Origin: Leidyana gryllorum EB-2025a
Lineage: Eukaryota; Protista; Apicomplexa
Direction of reading: 5' to 3'
NCBI GenBank assembly: GCA_048772705.1
Contig: JBLWGC010000230.1
Coordinates: 930,001 to 994,000 of the forward strand
DNA length: 64,000 bases
The translations under genes and the position numbers were made by a program. The notes under the pieces were generated by a model, which was not told the origin of the DNA, did no database searches, and saw only the letters and a program-made list of their open reading frames with translations. Below, in pieces: positions 32,205 to 45,437 of the stretch. Within the stretch, counting starts at the first letter, position 1. Each line of letters begins with the position of its first letter.

Positions 32205-34792
32205 ATGACAACCATATGGGGCAAATGTGGCAAGTCCAGTAAACAAGCTATCACGTGGTCCTGTGAGAGGGGTAAGTCTCGACACCGTCAGCTAATTATA
32301 CACTCATAGTCAGTACTGGCGAGTGTCAAACGGGCCGTTAACATATGGTGGTGGATTATCTCAAGGTATACAGTCCTCTTCCTACAATCGGTCAGGTTCT
32401 ACTTTGGCTTCTACCATGGCGTGCGCATATGCTTCGATATATTGGGTCTACTGGCTATACACCTCGTCGGCCGTCTTGGCTTACTCCGCCCGTCTAAACT
32501 ACTACTCCGCTTGATCGTGGGCGGACGCCGAGGCCGCCAGAAAGTAAAACTCCATCGCAAGCTGCAACGAGCCGCCACGTACCAGGAATGGTGGGTGTAA
32601 TCCAAATACACAGCCGGATCGATCTTCGTTTGTGTGTGTTTTCTCCACAGGCGGCTGGTTTCAGAGGAGTTGGATGAGGTGACCAACCAACGCGCTTGGT
32701 GCGAAACCACAGACGGCCCCGGCGATAGTCAATTATGCGACTTCGAAGCCCTCAAAACCCACACCGAGCGTCTCCAAGCGGCGCGATATCACCAGAATTG
32801 GCCGGAAATCGCCTTCCTACTACGTGTGTGCTGCAATCGTAACTTTTGCCAAATACGCAATGCCGCACTATACGCGCATTCATTTGTGCACACCAAAAGA
32901 GTCGTTGAAGACTTCTACAATGAAGTGTGTTTGTCACTGGACGCGCTGACAGATGCAACTCTGAATGAAGAGAGGCCCGATTCAAGGATGAGTGAGACTC
33001 CTGCTGGCATTGAAGTTGATCATGCGTTTGTGACCACTCCGGTTTCCCACTCGGCGTCACAAATCGATGATTCTGAGCAATTCGGCGGCGTAGAGCAACC
33101 CGCTTTGAACATGGCAGAACTTTACGATCTGCTCTCGTCCTTGCGACTGTCAATGGGAAGAACAGCCCTCTGTCTCAGTGGTGGCGGAGGCCTCGCTATC
33201 AGCCACTTGGGTGTTATCAAGATTTTGATGGAAATGCGAATGATGCCTCGAGTGGTCTCCGGAAGCAGTGGAGGGGCTCTCATTGCGGGCCTCTTGGCCG
33301 TCACCACAGACGAACAGTTCCAGGAACAGTTCCTCCGCCCGGACTTCCTGGACTCCCGCGCCGTGCAGTTGTGCCCCTCCTTCTGGCAACAAATCAAAAC
33401 CTTCGCCAAAACCGGGCATCTCCTCGACAGCGCCGAGTTTATCCGACTCGCGCGCACGCTCTTCGGAGACTGTACATTCGCCGATGCCTTCGCGCGCACG
33501 GGACGATTTGTTTCCATCACCACCACACCCGCTAGCCGGGGAACTTCGGCAGAACCTCTCGTCTGCAACTGCATCAACACTCCCGACGTCCTCATTTGGA
33601 GCGCTGCCGTAGCTTCCTGCTCGCTCCCTTTAGTTCTCCCCCCCTCCTTCCTATATACAAAGCCGCGCTTCCGATCTCCGCCGCTCCTAACCATTCCTAC
33701 TTCGCGAAGACCCAACCGCCGTCTTACCGGATCGCCCCCGAGCCGACTCATCACGTCGCGCCGGAACTCACTGCGTTCCTCGGGCGATCTTTTAAGCGAA
33801 CCCAGGAGTGAGAGCGGTGGAACCTGCTGGCAGAATAACATCGGCACCGGCTCAACCGCCTCACCCGTCAACGAGCCCTACGAGTTGGCGCACTACGCAC
33901 CCGAGACTATGCGCTTCGTCGATGGCTCCATTCTGCAAGACATCCCCCATACCGAGCTACAAACTCTATTCAATGTCAAATCCTTTGTGGTTTCTCAAGT
34001 CAACCCCCACTTCACCCCCTTTATCTCTGGACCTGCGAGCTACCGGAAGGAAACACGACTGCTCTTCGGTATACTGGATAGCCTATGGAATTATCTCGCG
34101 CTCGACCTCCGCAACAGATACGCGCGGCTCTTGGTGCTCTCACTCGTACCGAGCATCCGGGGCCAAGACGTGTCGCCATTCTTAATGCAAGTGAGTTACA
34201 AGCACCGGGGGCTTCCCGTGGTTCCGTCTGCTCCTCGGCCGCTCAATCAGAAGAGCGACTGATTCACGACCTGTCATTCGCGCGTTTGTGCGCGTGTGCG
34301 CGTGTCTCTGCGTGTCCAGATGTACTGCGTCTCGGCCCCTTCATTCTCCTTTGTTCTGCGCACAGAGTCTTCCGCATTCAGTCTAATCAACGGTGTGTCT
34401 TTTGCAGAGCGCTGAAGGCCATGTTACGATCGTTCCAGCTTCACCTTCTGACTTCTGGCGCTTGACCGCAAATCCCCATCCAGAAGATGTGGCAAGGGGA
34501 CTGAGGGTGGGGGAGCGCAAGACGTGGCCTCATCTGAACAGGTTGAAACACGTGATGATGGTGAGTGACAGACATTGTGTCCTCCATTGGCTCTGCGAGT
34601 GACATTATCTTGTTGTGCAGATTGAAACAAAGTTGCGCAATCTATGGCTGAGAACTGCGGAAATGCATGGCAGAACCTACCAGCAACGCTCCTCACTTGA
34701 AGGTCGGTAAGTATAACATCGATCAAGTAGGGCAGGGCTGCCATCGCCACCGGCCACCACAGAACTGTGTACCGCGACTGGTTTCCGAATGA
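32205..34792 (+). CDS. Patatin-family triacylglycerol lipase (SDP1/TGL4-like), multi-exon
   Basis: AATYQEW..SEELD, GRTALCLSGGG, GSSGG (GxSxG), PDVLIWSAAVASC, DGS, VSQVNPH, GERKTWP. Both ends approximate. Confidence 0.9.
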
Positions 34793-34827
34793 TGAGCAAG
34801 GCGCGCGACGGTCGCCCATTCAAAGTT

Positions 34828-36497
34828 CTACTTGAACTCCTTCAACACCGCTGCCTTGAGCGTTGTAAGCAGCGTTCTTCTGATGCCTATAAGAATATAT
34901 ACATGTCACCTCCACTGTTCGCTGGGGCCCACTGGGTGTTCTTCAACACCCACCTATGTTGTAGATTACATTGTCCGTTCTCGTAAGCTGCCGCTACTCG
35001 CACCAACGTTGACCATAAACAATTCACCTGCGTTGGAGATCAGTCTGACTCGAAATGAATAATCACCCACCGTGGGCGCTTTTTCCCACGTGACCTTCAC
35101 ATCTTTCTCAACCGCATTTCGTTGCATATTCAACGCAGCCTCCAGCATTTTATTTGGGGCTTGGAGGTCCTCGGAGTCATCCGTGCACTCAGGGAGAACC
35201 ACCTCAGTGACGCTGTAGCGCATCAAGAAACTTTCTGAGATGGGCATGGGCGCATTAATGACGACCTCATCGACCTCGCGTAAGGCTGAGAGAAAGATCG
35301 TCGAATTCTCTCGCTTCCCTACCGTAAAGATTCATCATTCTCTCAGTCATGCCGAGGACGGGATGTCCTTCCCCGTAAGCTGCTGACGCGACACGGTCCT
35401 CTGCACCCAAAGAAAAATGGTCCCGCAGATCCAGTCCTCGCCTCCTTGTTCCACTCACCATACAGACCAACGATCAGATAGTCGCCCCGGGCTTTGACTT
35501 TCCTCAAAAAGTTTACCATATCCCCTGAAGATGAATTAATTACGTCTGACGACATTGCGCGAAGAGAATTTGACGCGAAGAGGGAACTGGACGCGAAGAG
35601 GGAATCTGATAGTCGCCACGCAACAACGGACAGCGGACAGCGAACATCAATCTTTCGTTTCGATTTAATATCACTCTCTCACCTCGCAATACATCGAATA
35701 CCCCACAAGTATACACTATTTTGCGCCCGTCAGCCCGATCTCGGCAATTGAGGGCACGAGTGGAGCCCACAAACTCCAGAACCCGTCGAGTGTCCAGAGG
35801 CCCAGCAATAGGAACCATCACTTCCGGGTTTGAAAAGGTCGTGTCGTCATTCGACATTCGTAAGAGTCCCGCATGAGAGCTCGCTGACATCGAGGGACGT
35901 GTGTCGGGACTCCTTTCATCTCGTTCCCACCGCTCACCCAGCAATAATCGGCTCAGAATAGCCGTTGAAGAAACTCCATGGGTCCGTCGAAACACTCGGA
36001 ACAACCCTGCTTCCCGAGGCTCTTTATAACAGTCCTGGCCGTCAGCTCCGACGACGAGGTCGTCGCCGTGGGCGACCGCATTACATTTGGCCACATTCAA
36101 CAATTGATGTAAAGAGGTTACATAAGGAGCTCCAGGCAGAGTGCGAGCGACCCATCTACATGAAGCTAAAATGTTAGCTCGCTCTTCGGTATTCAGAATA
36201 GGTACCGAGCCCTTGGCTTCCCAAACTTCGTGGTCTGAGCATCAGTCAGTCAGTCAGTCAGTCAGCGATGCAATGGATCGACACCAGAATCATTCTCTCA
36301 CCGGGATTTACTCCAACACATAGATATTGGCCCAGAGTAGCAGCCTGTCGTATGCCATTTAGATGACCTGAGACGACCAGTGAGCGAACTTGGCTGGGTG
36401 GGGGGGAATTATCACCTGAATGGACCAAATCATAGACTCCGTCGACATATATCCATTCCACCGACTCAGCTACGGTATTGACCACGCAATCTGGCAT
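34828..36497 (-). CDS. PCYT2: Ethanolamine-phosphate cytidylyltransferase, multi-exon
   Basis: YVDGVYDLVHSGHLNGIRQA (HxGH), HGDD, RTHGVSSTAI; second domain IVYTCGVFD..GDYLIVGL. Confidence 0.88.
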
Positions 36498-36548
36498 GCG
36501 AAATTCTGCACGATTCGATGTTTGTTGGCCTAACACAAGCCCAATGAT

Positions 36549-37803
36549 ATGTTGTCGTGGACCAGAGTGAACAGCAGATATTATCAAGTCGCCTCTGGGC
36601 ATCAAAGTCCAATCCCCACCACAAGTGATGGCTCCTCCCCCGCAGTACCTAACGAAACTGACGCTTTCCCCCGCGACGTTGTTGCAGTAGCCTTCTGGGT
36701 TGAGCAAGTGCTGCGTGCCGTTCTACTCTATAACGTCTTACTGCGGGTAATACATTCACTCACACACTCACTCACTCACACACACACTCACTCACTCACT
36801 CACTCACTCACTCACACACTCACTCACACACATTCCCTTCGTCCATTGCTGATCCTCACCACAGGTCTGGAAGTTGCGATTCTTAATCGTCTTAGCTGTT
36901 GTGCTTTACGGCTATATACTATACTCGCGTGGAGATTTGACACGCGATACTCTAACCCATCATGGGGCATTTGCCAATCTCATCTGGCGCCAACTGACAG
37001 GTTCAGGCCACTGGCTACACATTCTCAGTCTACTTGTGACTGATGTCTGTATCTCTGTCGGACGCAGCTGGACGCAACACCTGCAAGCGACACAAGCACC
37101 AGCTTCAGCGCCCTCTTCACAGAGGAGACATCGGCAACGCATCTCCGCAGCGGACCAGGATACTGGACTCGCGCCTTTATGGGGACGCATCACGGGCGGA
37201 ATCGACTCTCTATTCAGGTCGCGGTCTCGTCGTCGCAGAGACTCTTTCGGGTTGCCTCCCATATCAGACAGAGACGACTGGGCCGATGATGCCGAACGCG
37301 AGGCGTTTACTAATTTCCTGCTAGAAAAGTACCGACAGTCAACCGAGACGGAACTCCGACTCGATTGCCCAATAACCAAAGTAAGGTCCAATCTCAATGG
37401 CACTGGGAGCGAATTGGCAACGCCGATGTGCTAATGATGATGAGTGTTGCATCGCCCGATATCGTGGAATGCCCACGACTCCTCTCCTCACTTGGTGGCA
37501 GGAACTGATGCGATACCCAGTGGTCGCGGCAGATGGCTTTACCTACGAAGCGAACGCGATCAAAAGATGGATGCGTCTCGCAAAGGATACCCCGCGATCA
37601 CCAATTACTGGTGAGTGAGAGAGATTGGTGATCGTCTGCCTGATCTTCGCTCGTTGACCGAAACAGGAGAGGTGCTGCTGCATACCAATTTGGTCCCGAA
37701 TCACACTTTGAGGAGTATAATCGAAGCGCACAAGGAAGAATTTAGAGAGGAGAGGCGACGTAGACGGACCCCCCGCAATAGGAGGTCGCCACTCCCGTCG
37801 TAG
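36549..37803 (+). CDS. Membrane-anchored U-box E3 ubiquitin ligase, multi-exon
   Basis: Spliced LDCPITK/ELMRYPVVAADGFTYEANAIKRW..SPITG/..LVPNHTLRSII; N-terminal hydrophobic helices. Confidence 0.85.
36755..36832. repeat. (CACT)/(CA)n microsatellite inside the first U-box intron
   Basis: Direct reading of the sequence. Confidence 0.9.
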
Positions 37804-37929
37804 CGGGTGGGTAAGCGAAGACATTGGTCATTGATGAGAGGTTGAATGCCATTTGACGAAAGAGGTCGCACAAGACTAGCAGCACTGGTTGAAGGGGACA
37901 GACCTACAAAACATCAAAAACACCCCCAG

Positions 37930-39992
37930 CTAGACGCGATGCTTCGGTTTCGCAAACGACTCGAAATCTGATGTGCGATCAGAGTCAGAACGGCCCGCTC
38001 GTTTCTGGACCGCGGTCGACTGTTTGCTCTTTGCGACTGCTCGGCCGCGTCCTGTGCGCGTCCGCGGTTGCTGCGGCGCGGTGGTGGTCAGCGCAGCCTG
38101 CGGAGCAATCACTGGACTCTGCGGAGCTCTCAGCACCGATGCATAGCTAGGCTGCAATGGAAAGCAAAGACATGACGTCTGGAATCGAATTGAGTGCAAC
38201 AACAACACTTTCGTGACGTACAACACACAGAAACACATGTAAATTACCCGCTCGGTACGCCCTCGATTTGACGAAGAAGATGACTGGTTTGATGGGGGAG
38301 GCGGCGCGGCTTGGGTATCTACTAGTTCGGTCCGCTTTGGAGATGCCAGGTAATTGGCTGGCATGGTGACCACCATCTCAGGTGGGGTTTCGCCAGTCTC
38401 TCTGGGAGAGCTTTGAGGTACGTTTTCGACTCCACTTAGGCGAGGATGCGAGTCGACCACGGGGGCCGACTGTGACGGGCGTTGCTGACCTGCTGACATC
38501 TCTTCAGATGTTGTGGCCCCCGGACCCTCCGTGGTGCGGACGTCCGCTCGTTCCTCTCTGGGACGGCCAGTTCCGAAGATAGATGCATTGCGCTTAGTAT
38601 CGTCCCTGCAAACACATCAATCAACACCCGCCATAGAGCTTCGTACTCACGTCGAGGCAACAGCAGCTGTCAACGCAGCCAAGTTGAACCGATGCTTGGA
38701 AGGAGCGGGAGGGAGCGGACCGTCAGTGCCTGGCCGCACAGAGGGGGCGCTGTCCAAAGTATGAGATCCAATACTAACATCGTCTCCAGCCTTGCTCGAG
38801 TTGTCGTTGTAACGAGGCCCGGCTCGGTACGGAAATTCTTGTCGTCGGCCCACGGACTTTCTACGAGGCATTTTGACACTCACAGGTCTTGAGCCAATAC
38901 AAGTGCCATTGATTGTTTGTATCGCTCTTCGTTGTTCGCTGAAATCCGAGACCTGCGAAATGGAAAGATCTCACACATATCGCCATATGACAACAAATAC
39001 ACGTTTAACGACAATATAGATAAGTACATACACACACACAGATTAACAAGAAACGGACGAGCACACAGAGTGTGTGGGAAGGAGACACGGTGTGTCACAC
39101 ATAGTAATCATATGTCAAGACTCAACCAATTGGCCATTGCAACACGTCGCTGTATAATGCCGAGGAAGCGATCTGTCTTTGCTATAAAAACAGCCACAAA
39201 AGACCGATGACATCCACGAAAGACGAAATGCCACTTTGGCAAGACACACAGAACGGAGCCACTTTTGCATACCTGTACGAACGCAAACGCGCTAGAATGA
39301 TCGGCGCGCGACCCATTATGAGGAATGTCAACTTTAAGAACCTGTTGCCACGCAGATTTGCTCACTATATATAGTTCAGAGAGTGGGGGTTACCTTTAAA
39401 GGCTTAAATGCATCGATAATTTGGTCCGAGGTAACATCGTGGGGTAGCGAGCCCACATGAACTTTATAGGGCGGTCCCTGGTCGTGCTCGGGCAGCTCTG
39501 GTAAGGCGGGAGACATGTGGGAAGTACCGGGGCGTGAAGACGCGGATTCGGCATATCCTCCTCTGGGGCCTTGGGGGCGTCCACCACCTCCTCCGGGTCC
39601 TCCTCCACCGCCTTGCATCCTGCGATCCCGTCCACCACCAGATCCTCCGTAATGGCCTAGGGATGTGGTTGTGGGATAGTGAAATTGTGTAGCATACCAG
39701 AGCGACTCATCTGTGTGGTGTAAGGCCTTTGTCCTCCTCCGCCACTCCTTTGTCCAGATGCCCTCCGCGGTAAGTTTCTTGTTTGTCGACCGTGTTGGTG
39801 GCCGTGGTCCGCGAGGTCCAAAGACGGTTGGCGCTTCTGAAGTGGCGGGGGAGGCCTATGATGCTGAGCAGTACTGGACAAGTCCGTTAGCACTGTGGCG
39901 AACGCATCTTCTTCATCGCTACTCATATCGGCCCAACACACCGGCTGAGGCCTCTGCTCGGCGGCATTAGGCGGGGCTGCTCCATTGCTCAT
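37930..39992 (-). CDS. RRM protein, eIF4B-like, multi-exon
   Basis: N-terminal WAD motif, PPYKVHVGSLPHDVT (RNP2), AFAFVQ (RNP1), disordered C-terminus. Confidence 0.6.
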
Positions 39993-40058
39993 CTCCAAAG
40001 TTGCATCTAATCAATAAGTTCGTGGCTGTGTTGTAGTCTTCTTCGAAAAAAAGTTCGG

Positions 40059-42895
40059 ATGCCCTCTGCGGACCTCCCCATTGCTGCTTACCGGCAGGAG
40101 TTGGTGGACTTGGTGGTTGCGAACCCGGTTATAGTGGTCAGTGGAGAGACTGGTTGTGGTAAAACGACACAGATCCCTCAATATCTCTTCGATGCCCCCG
40201 AAATAAGGCGGTTGGTCAAGCAATGGAGGACCCAGCAGCACCACAATCGGAGACGCTACAATGTGAATGACACCAAGAGACGCCGTGTTGATGTGGAAAA
40301 GGGAGAGTCTGAGAATTCGCCGAAAGAGCCAACAGCTCCGAGTTCGGTGGCCGAGCCGAGAATAGTCGTTGTTCAGCCTCATCGGATAGCTGCCATTGCA
40401 ATGGCGCGACGAGTGGCTGACGAGCGTGGAGTCGAACTGGGAGGGGTGGTTGGTTACAGTGTTCGCTGGGACACAATGGCTGATGCCGAGAAGACAAAGA
40501 TAAAATACGTCACAGATGGCACTTTGGTCAAAGAATGTGTCGATGGGAGGGGACTATCAAAGATGGACATTGTAATAATCGACGAAGCGCATGAGCGATC
40601 ACTCCATATCGATGTTCTCCTCGCCCTTATCAGAAGGCACCTCAATGTGACGTTTCGAGACAAACATCGGTATCCACGGGTCCAAGACATCCCAGTGCGA
40701 TTCATTGTCACCTCGGCCACCCTGGATGTGGAAAAGTTCTGCAAGTTCTTTGACAACTGTCCGCTCCTAACTGTTCCTGGCCGAGTCTATCCCGTCAAAG
40801 TCATTCACGTCCCCGTCAAAATCAGCAATGAGGCGGAAGACGAACAAAACGATGAGGAGAACTCGATCGGTGGCATCACAGTGGCCGCCTCGCCCGCCAC
40901 CACCAACGAAGGCAAAAGTCAAGGCCTCGTCTATAATCCGGCCCGTACCCGTCAAAAGAGGCGGGAGCACTCCCAAATATGGCTCACTCCGGATGCCGCG
41001 GTCTCTGCCGCTGTCACAATTTCACTCCGTATACACTGTGAGACTCCAGTCGCCACTGGACATATTCTATGCTTCCTAAGTGGAGCGGCTGAGTGTGAGA
41101 GAGCTGTCAAGATGATGCACGCCAAACTTCAGGAGGTCGTGCTCCAACAGGAAGCGGAGACGGACCAAATCTCCTCGGTACCATCCGCTGTCGTTATCCC
41201 CCTCTACGGATCTCTGGACGCAGCTCAGCAGGCCAATGTCTTCGTCCAGGTAGACCCCGAAACACGAAAAATTGTCTTTGCCACCAATGTTGCTGAGACT
41301 TCCCTCACAATCTCCGGTGTCGGACATATTGTCGACTCCGGAATTGTCAAACAGACTTATTACCACCCGCGATCCGGGATGGTTGCGCTCAACGTAAGGC
41401 AATAGTGTGCGTGCGTGTGTGTGTGCTTGTGTGTGCTCGTGTGTGTGTGTGCTCAGCAGTCAGTTAATCATGTCTCCTTCACACAGCGAGTTCCCGTGTC
41501 AAAGACACAGGCCAAACAACGCGCCGGGCGTGCAGGAAGGACCAAAGATGGGACGTGTTGGCGACTGTACGGCGAAGAGACGTACAATCAGTGAGTTCTA
41601 TTTCCTTTCCAATGTCTCTCTATTGGCACGCCTCACTTTTGTGTAGGATGGATGAGCACGCGGTGCCGGAGATTCTGAGATCGGACCCTTCTGCAGCTGT
41701 TCTGAGTTTGTTGGCGATGAATATCAGAAACGTGTTAGCGTTGGAGTTCATAGACACTCCCAATAAGCTGAGTGTGGCACTGGCTTTGAAAGAGTTGGCA
41801 ACACTTGGTGCCATAGAGCCGAGGTCTTTGGAAGTGACCCCCATTGGGCGAGCGATCTCGCAGACCCCATTGGATCCCGTTTATGGGAGATGTTTCGTGG
41901 CGAGTTTGGAGTACGACGTGGTGGAAGAAGTGGCGACAATTCTATCTTTGCTGTCAGCTGAGCAGGTTTTCACGTCTCCGAATCTGGCAGCGATGGTGGA
42001 GTCGCCCGAGGACCCGTTGCCGACTCTGTTTGATGTGTTTCGTCATAAACACGCGCGCTTTCGGGACTACGATAGCGATCATCTGACGTTGCTGAACATT
42101 TTCCAAGAGTGGCGCAAGCGACGAGGGGCAGAGGTGAAGATGATGCGGAAAGATGAGCTGTACGACTGGTGTTGGGACAATTATCTGTCAATGAGAGCTC
42201 TTTTGACCGCCGAGAAGATTCAACGGCAGCTGATTGATTTGATGCCCGACATTGAGGAGATTGTTGGACCGGTTCCGGGGCACCGGTTGGAACGGGTGAG
42301 TCGAATGCGGCGGAAAGAACGTGTGCTGCGGGCGTTGTGTGAGGGTCTGTTTGTTAATACCGCAAAAGTACACATAGTCAAGTCCCTCTCGCGGGGTCCA
42401 ATAGTCAGAGGGTGGACAAGTGCGAGGGAAGGTGTAGTTTTACGGCCCGCGGCTCAGAGCTCGTTGAGCGAGTTCATTGAGAGCGCCGACATTGCAGCCC
42501 AAGCACCCCCTCCCAAAAGCGATCCCCCGAGTTGGATAATCTACGACCAACTGGTATCGATTGGCAGTGCCCCGGGCACCAGCCAGGCGAGTGGAGTGGT
42601 TCGGGTGGCCTCTGGGATCGAGTACGATTGGGTGGCGTCGTTGATGCCGCGGATGTACCAGACGTCTTTGGACGAGCTGATTGACGCAGTTCAGGCTCCA
42701 GCCCCACGTAGTGTCCACAAAGAGCAGAGAGTAGAGGCCGCCTCATTTACGGAGGGGCGCCGTGTGGGCGGTGGTGATAGCAGGGCGGCCGCAGACAAAA
42801 CTGACGTGCCCGAGAGTACTGAACAGGAACGGAAGCGGAAAGTGGAGGAGGCGAAGAAGCGGTTGGAGGAGCGCAAACGACGACAGCCCAAGTAG
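40059..42895 (+). CDS. DEAH-box RNA helicase (Prp22/Prp43/DHX40-like); two introns
   Basis: [35 protein letters not shown], and an HA2-like region SDHLTLL. Confidence 0.95.
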
Positions 42896-42975
42896 CGCGC
42901 GAACACAACGACTGGTGGACATATAAAGAGTACACACTCTGAGACACACACATCAATATATATAAAGTGAGTCAA

Positions 42976-43500
42976 TCAATGGCGGAGTCGTCTGTGAGAA
43001 GACGAAGAAGAGTCGTCGTCTGTGATCATGACCGGGACATCCGTGTCTATCGGAAGAGGCGGCATATTGTTCTCGTCTACCAATTGGTCGTCGTCGTCCA
43101 ACAAGTCGTCTTCAGGTGGATTGGGAAACGTGATTGTATCGACCTCATAGTTAGTTATGTGCTCGTGACTGTCCAGAAAATTCAGAATCGCCAAACCATC
43201 GTCGAGACTTCCCGCATAGATAGTGAACATTGACAGCATATGGAGGTAAAACCCAATGCTTGCCTCAATACCCGAGTCTCGCAACCCCTTCAGAACCTCA
43301 TCAGAGACGTTTTTCAAAGCTTCCGTATCCCCCTTCTCCACATCAGTAGCGATCAAGATCTGAGGCGGTAGACCAGCGTCAATCAACGCTGCCAGTTTCT
43401 CCTGGGGCGACATATCGATCGGAGGTCTTGAATTCAGAGCCCATCCGGGGCACAGAAAAGCCAAGATGGCCAGCAGTAACACTCCTAATGGTGATCTCAT
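42976..43500 (-). CDS. Small secreted protein resembling a stand-alone subtilisin propeptide (I9-like), with an acidic tail
   Basis: Signal peptide MRSPLGVLLLAILAFLCPGWA; core YLHMLSMFTI...LNFLDSHEHITNYEVDTI; no protease domain follows. Confidence 0.5.
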   Translation of the reverse strand: MRSPLGVLLLAILAFLCPGWALNSRPPIDMSPQEKLAALIDAGLPPQILIATDVEKGDTEALKNVSDEVLKGLRDSGIEASIGFYLHMLSMFTIYAGSLDDGLAILNFLDSHEHITNYEVDTITFPNPPEDDLLDDDDQLVDENNMPPLPIDTDVPVMITDDDSSSSSHRRLRH

Positions 43501-43686
43501 CTCCCAACTAGTGGTGTCTGAGTGGAAAACTCGAGCCAATTAGTAACACTTGGCCTGGAACGGGGGTGAGGTACATAGCTTGTGTCCGGTCGACACCAAA
43601 CGACTCAATCGCTAACTAGGGAGACGTCACTGTGCACACTATACGTGCCCGACATTCTTTTGGCACTTGTTGCACCGGTAGTCACT

Positions 43687-44300
43687 TCACCGAGCAGAAA
43701 TCAAACTGTCGAGTGTCAAGCGTAGAGACTTCCACTTCTCCATCACTTCCGCTTCTTGTTCCTTCACTTTCGCCTCCAAACTCATCGCGTCCTTTCCAGT
43801 GTATTGATCCACCAAAGAAGCCTGTGTAAGTAAACGTGACTACTCAATCCTCGGAGACGGCTACCTACCTTTGCCTTGGAGGTATCTAAGGTTTCTAAAG
43901 CGTCCTCCGCTTTGGCTACCCCCTCAGCTCCTGGAGCAAGCGACTGGATTTCTACGTTGTCAAACAGTTTCTCGCAGATTCGGGCTCTAATCAGACTTAG
44001 GAGCTTCTCTTCTTTGCGCTCCGCCTCGGTCAGGTTGCTGCCCCCCTTCCCGTCTTCGGCATCAGACGCCTCCTCGTCATTGTGCAAAAGTAAGTCTCGA
44101 GAGACGGCGGCCTTTCGGCGGGGGAACTCGATGTGCTCTTCGAGCACAGCATTCTTCGGACGGCGGCGAGCATCGACTTCTCCCCGCAAAGTCCAGGCTT
44201 TGGGGGCCACCAACTCAGCTTCGAGGTCTCTCAGACTCATTTTATTGTCAAATAATTTTTGGACTCGCTCTTCTTCGATGCTGTTGTTTGATTGGGGGGG
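43687..44300 (-). CDS. MPP10: U3 snoRNP protein Mpp10-like (short form); 5' end uncertain
   Basis: LEAELVAPKAWTLRGEVDARRRPKNAVLEE, IRARICEKLFDNV, spliced SKAK/ASLVDQY...LTLDSL. Confidence 0.75.
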
Positions 44301-44433
44301 GGGGCGGTCAGTGAGTTGGCCATCGGGCCGACTTTTATGGGCGCGGGTTTCATTCTCATTCTCTCCGGCCCCCGTAATTAGAGGTCCACGGGGGGTCGCT
44401 GGACGACTTAGATGATGAGTGGATGCGATTCCA

Positions 44434-45433
44434 TCACTCTGTTATCGTTTTTTTCACCGGGACGAATCCGACCAGCCACGCCCCATACCCTCGTACACAT
44501 TCCTTCTTGATAGCCCGGAGGCCCCCCGGTTCCTCCCAGATTCCTGTGCCGACGCCGAGCCATTCTGCTGTGTGGGGGAGTTCAGAGTTGTCCACAGCAG
44601 AGATTGGGCAGAGCATCATGTATTTCCACTTGGTATGCCATATGTTCTCCAGCCAATTCAGGAGCTGATGGGTAGTCTCCAAAAAGTACAGATCGCAGGT
44701 AGGAGCCTTCTCGGGGTACAGAAGCCATTGATATATTAAGCGTTCCTTGAGCGACTTCTCAAACGTTGCATCGCCCCCATACACTAAGGGGAGTTGCTTC
44801 CAGGACGACATCTCGCGTCGCACAGCAACCCATAGGCGCTGTAACTCGTCTTCGCCGAATAAATCTCGGACGCCAAGCTTCCCATTGGTCAAAGGACTAA
44901 GCCGCAACTCTCGAGTCTTCAGTTCCCGTGTCAGTGATCCCATAATTATTCTCAATCCTTCGTTGCCTGTACCCTTCCACGAAATGGTCACCATTTGTCC
45001 AGGCTTCATTATCAACATCATCGGCTCGTGGGACACTGGCATCTCCACACCGCCTCCGTGAGAGGGACTGGTCGATGAAGAACCGGCAGACGTTGATCCA
45101 TTCGAAGATGCAGCGGATCTGAAAGCGCTTCGCACTTGCAATCGGTGACGATCTGCAAAACCTTTTCACCTCGAACCAGACTCTCCGTGTGTCCTACCAT
45201 CCAGAACGATCAGAACGCCCCATTGTCTAAACGTGTAGTCCAGTGAACCGGAACTTGTCGGTGTACGGCTGACTTTCGGTTCTAGAAGCACTATCGGCTT
45301 GTTGAGGAACGCTTTCAGGAGAAAATTCAGCTGTGTCAGCGAGCGAACAGAAACGGCACCCTCCTCTACATCGCGAAACAAATGTGCGAATAGCACCAAC
45401 GGGATATGAACACTGTAAGGCAGCATAGCTCAA
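44434..45433 (-). CDS. Hypothetical protein, multi-exon
   Basis: ORF fragments 45166-45426 and 44434-45141 with splice-like borders. No family recognised. Confidence 0.5.
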
Positions 45434-45437
45434 AAAT

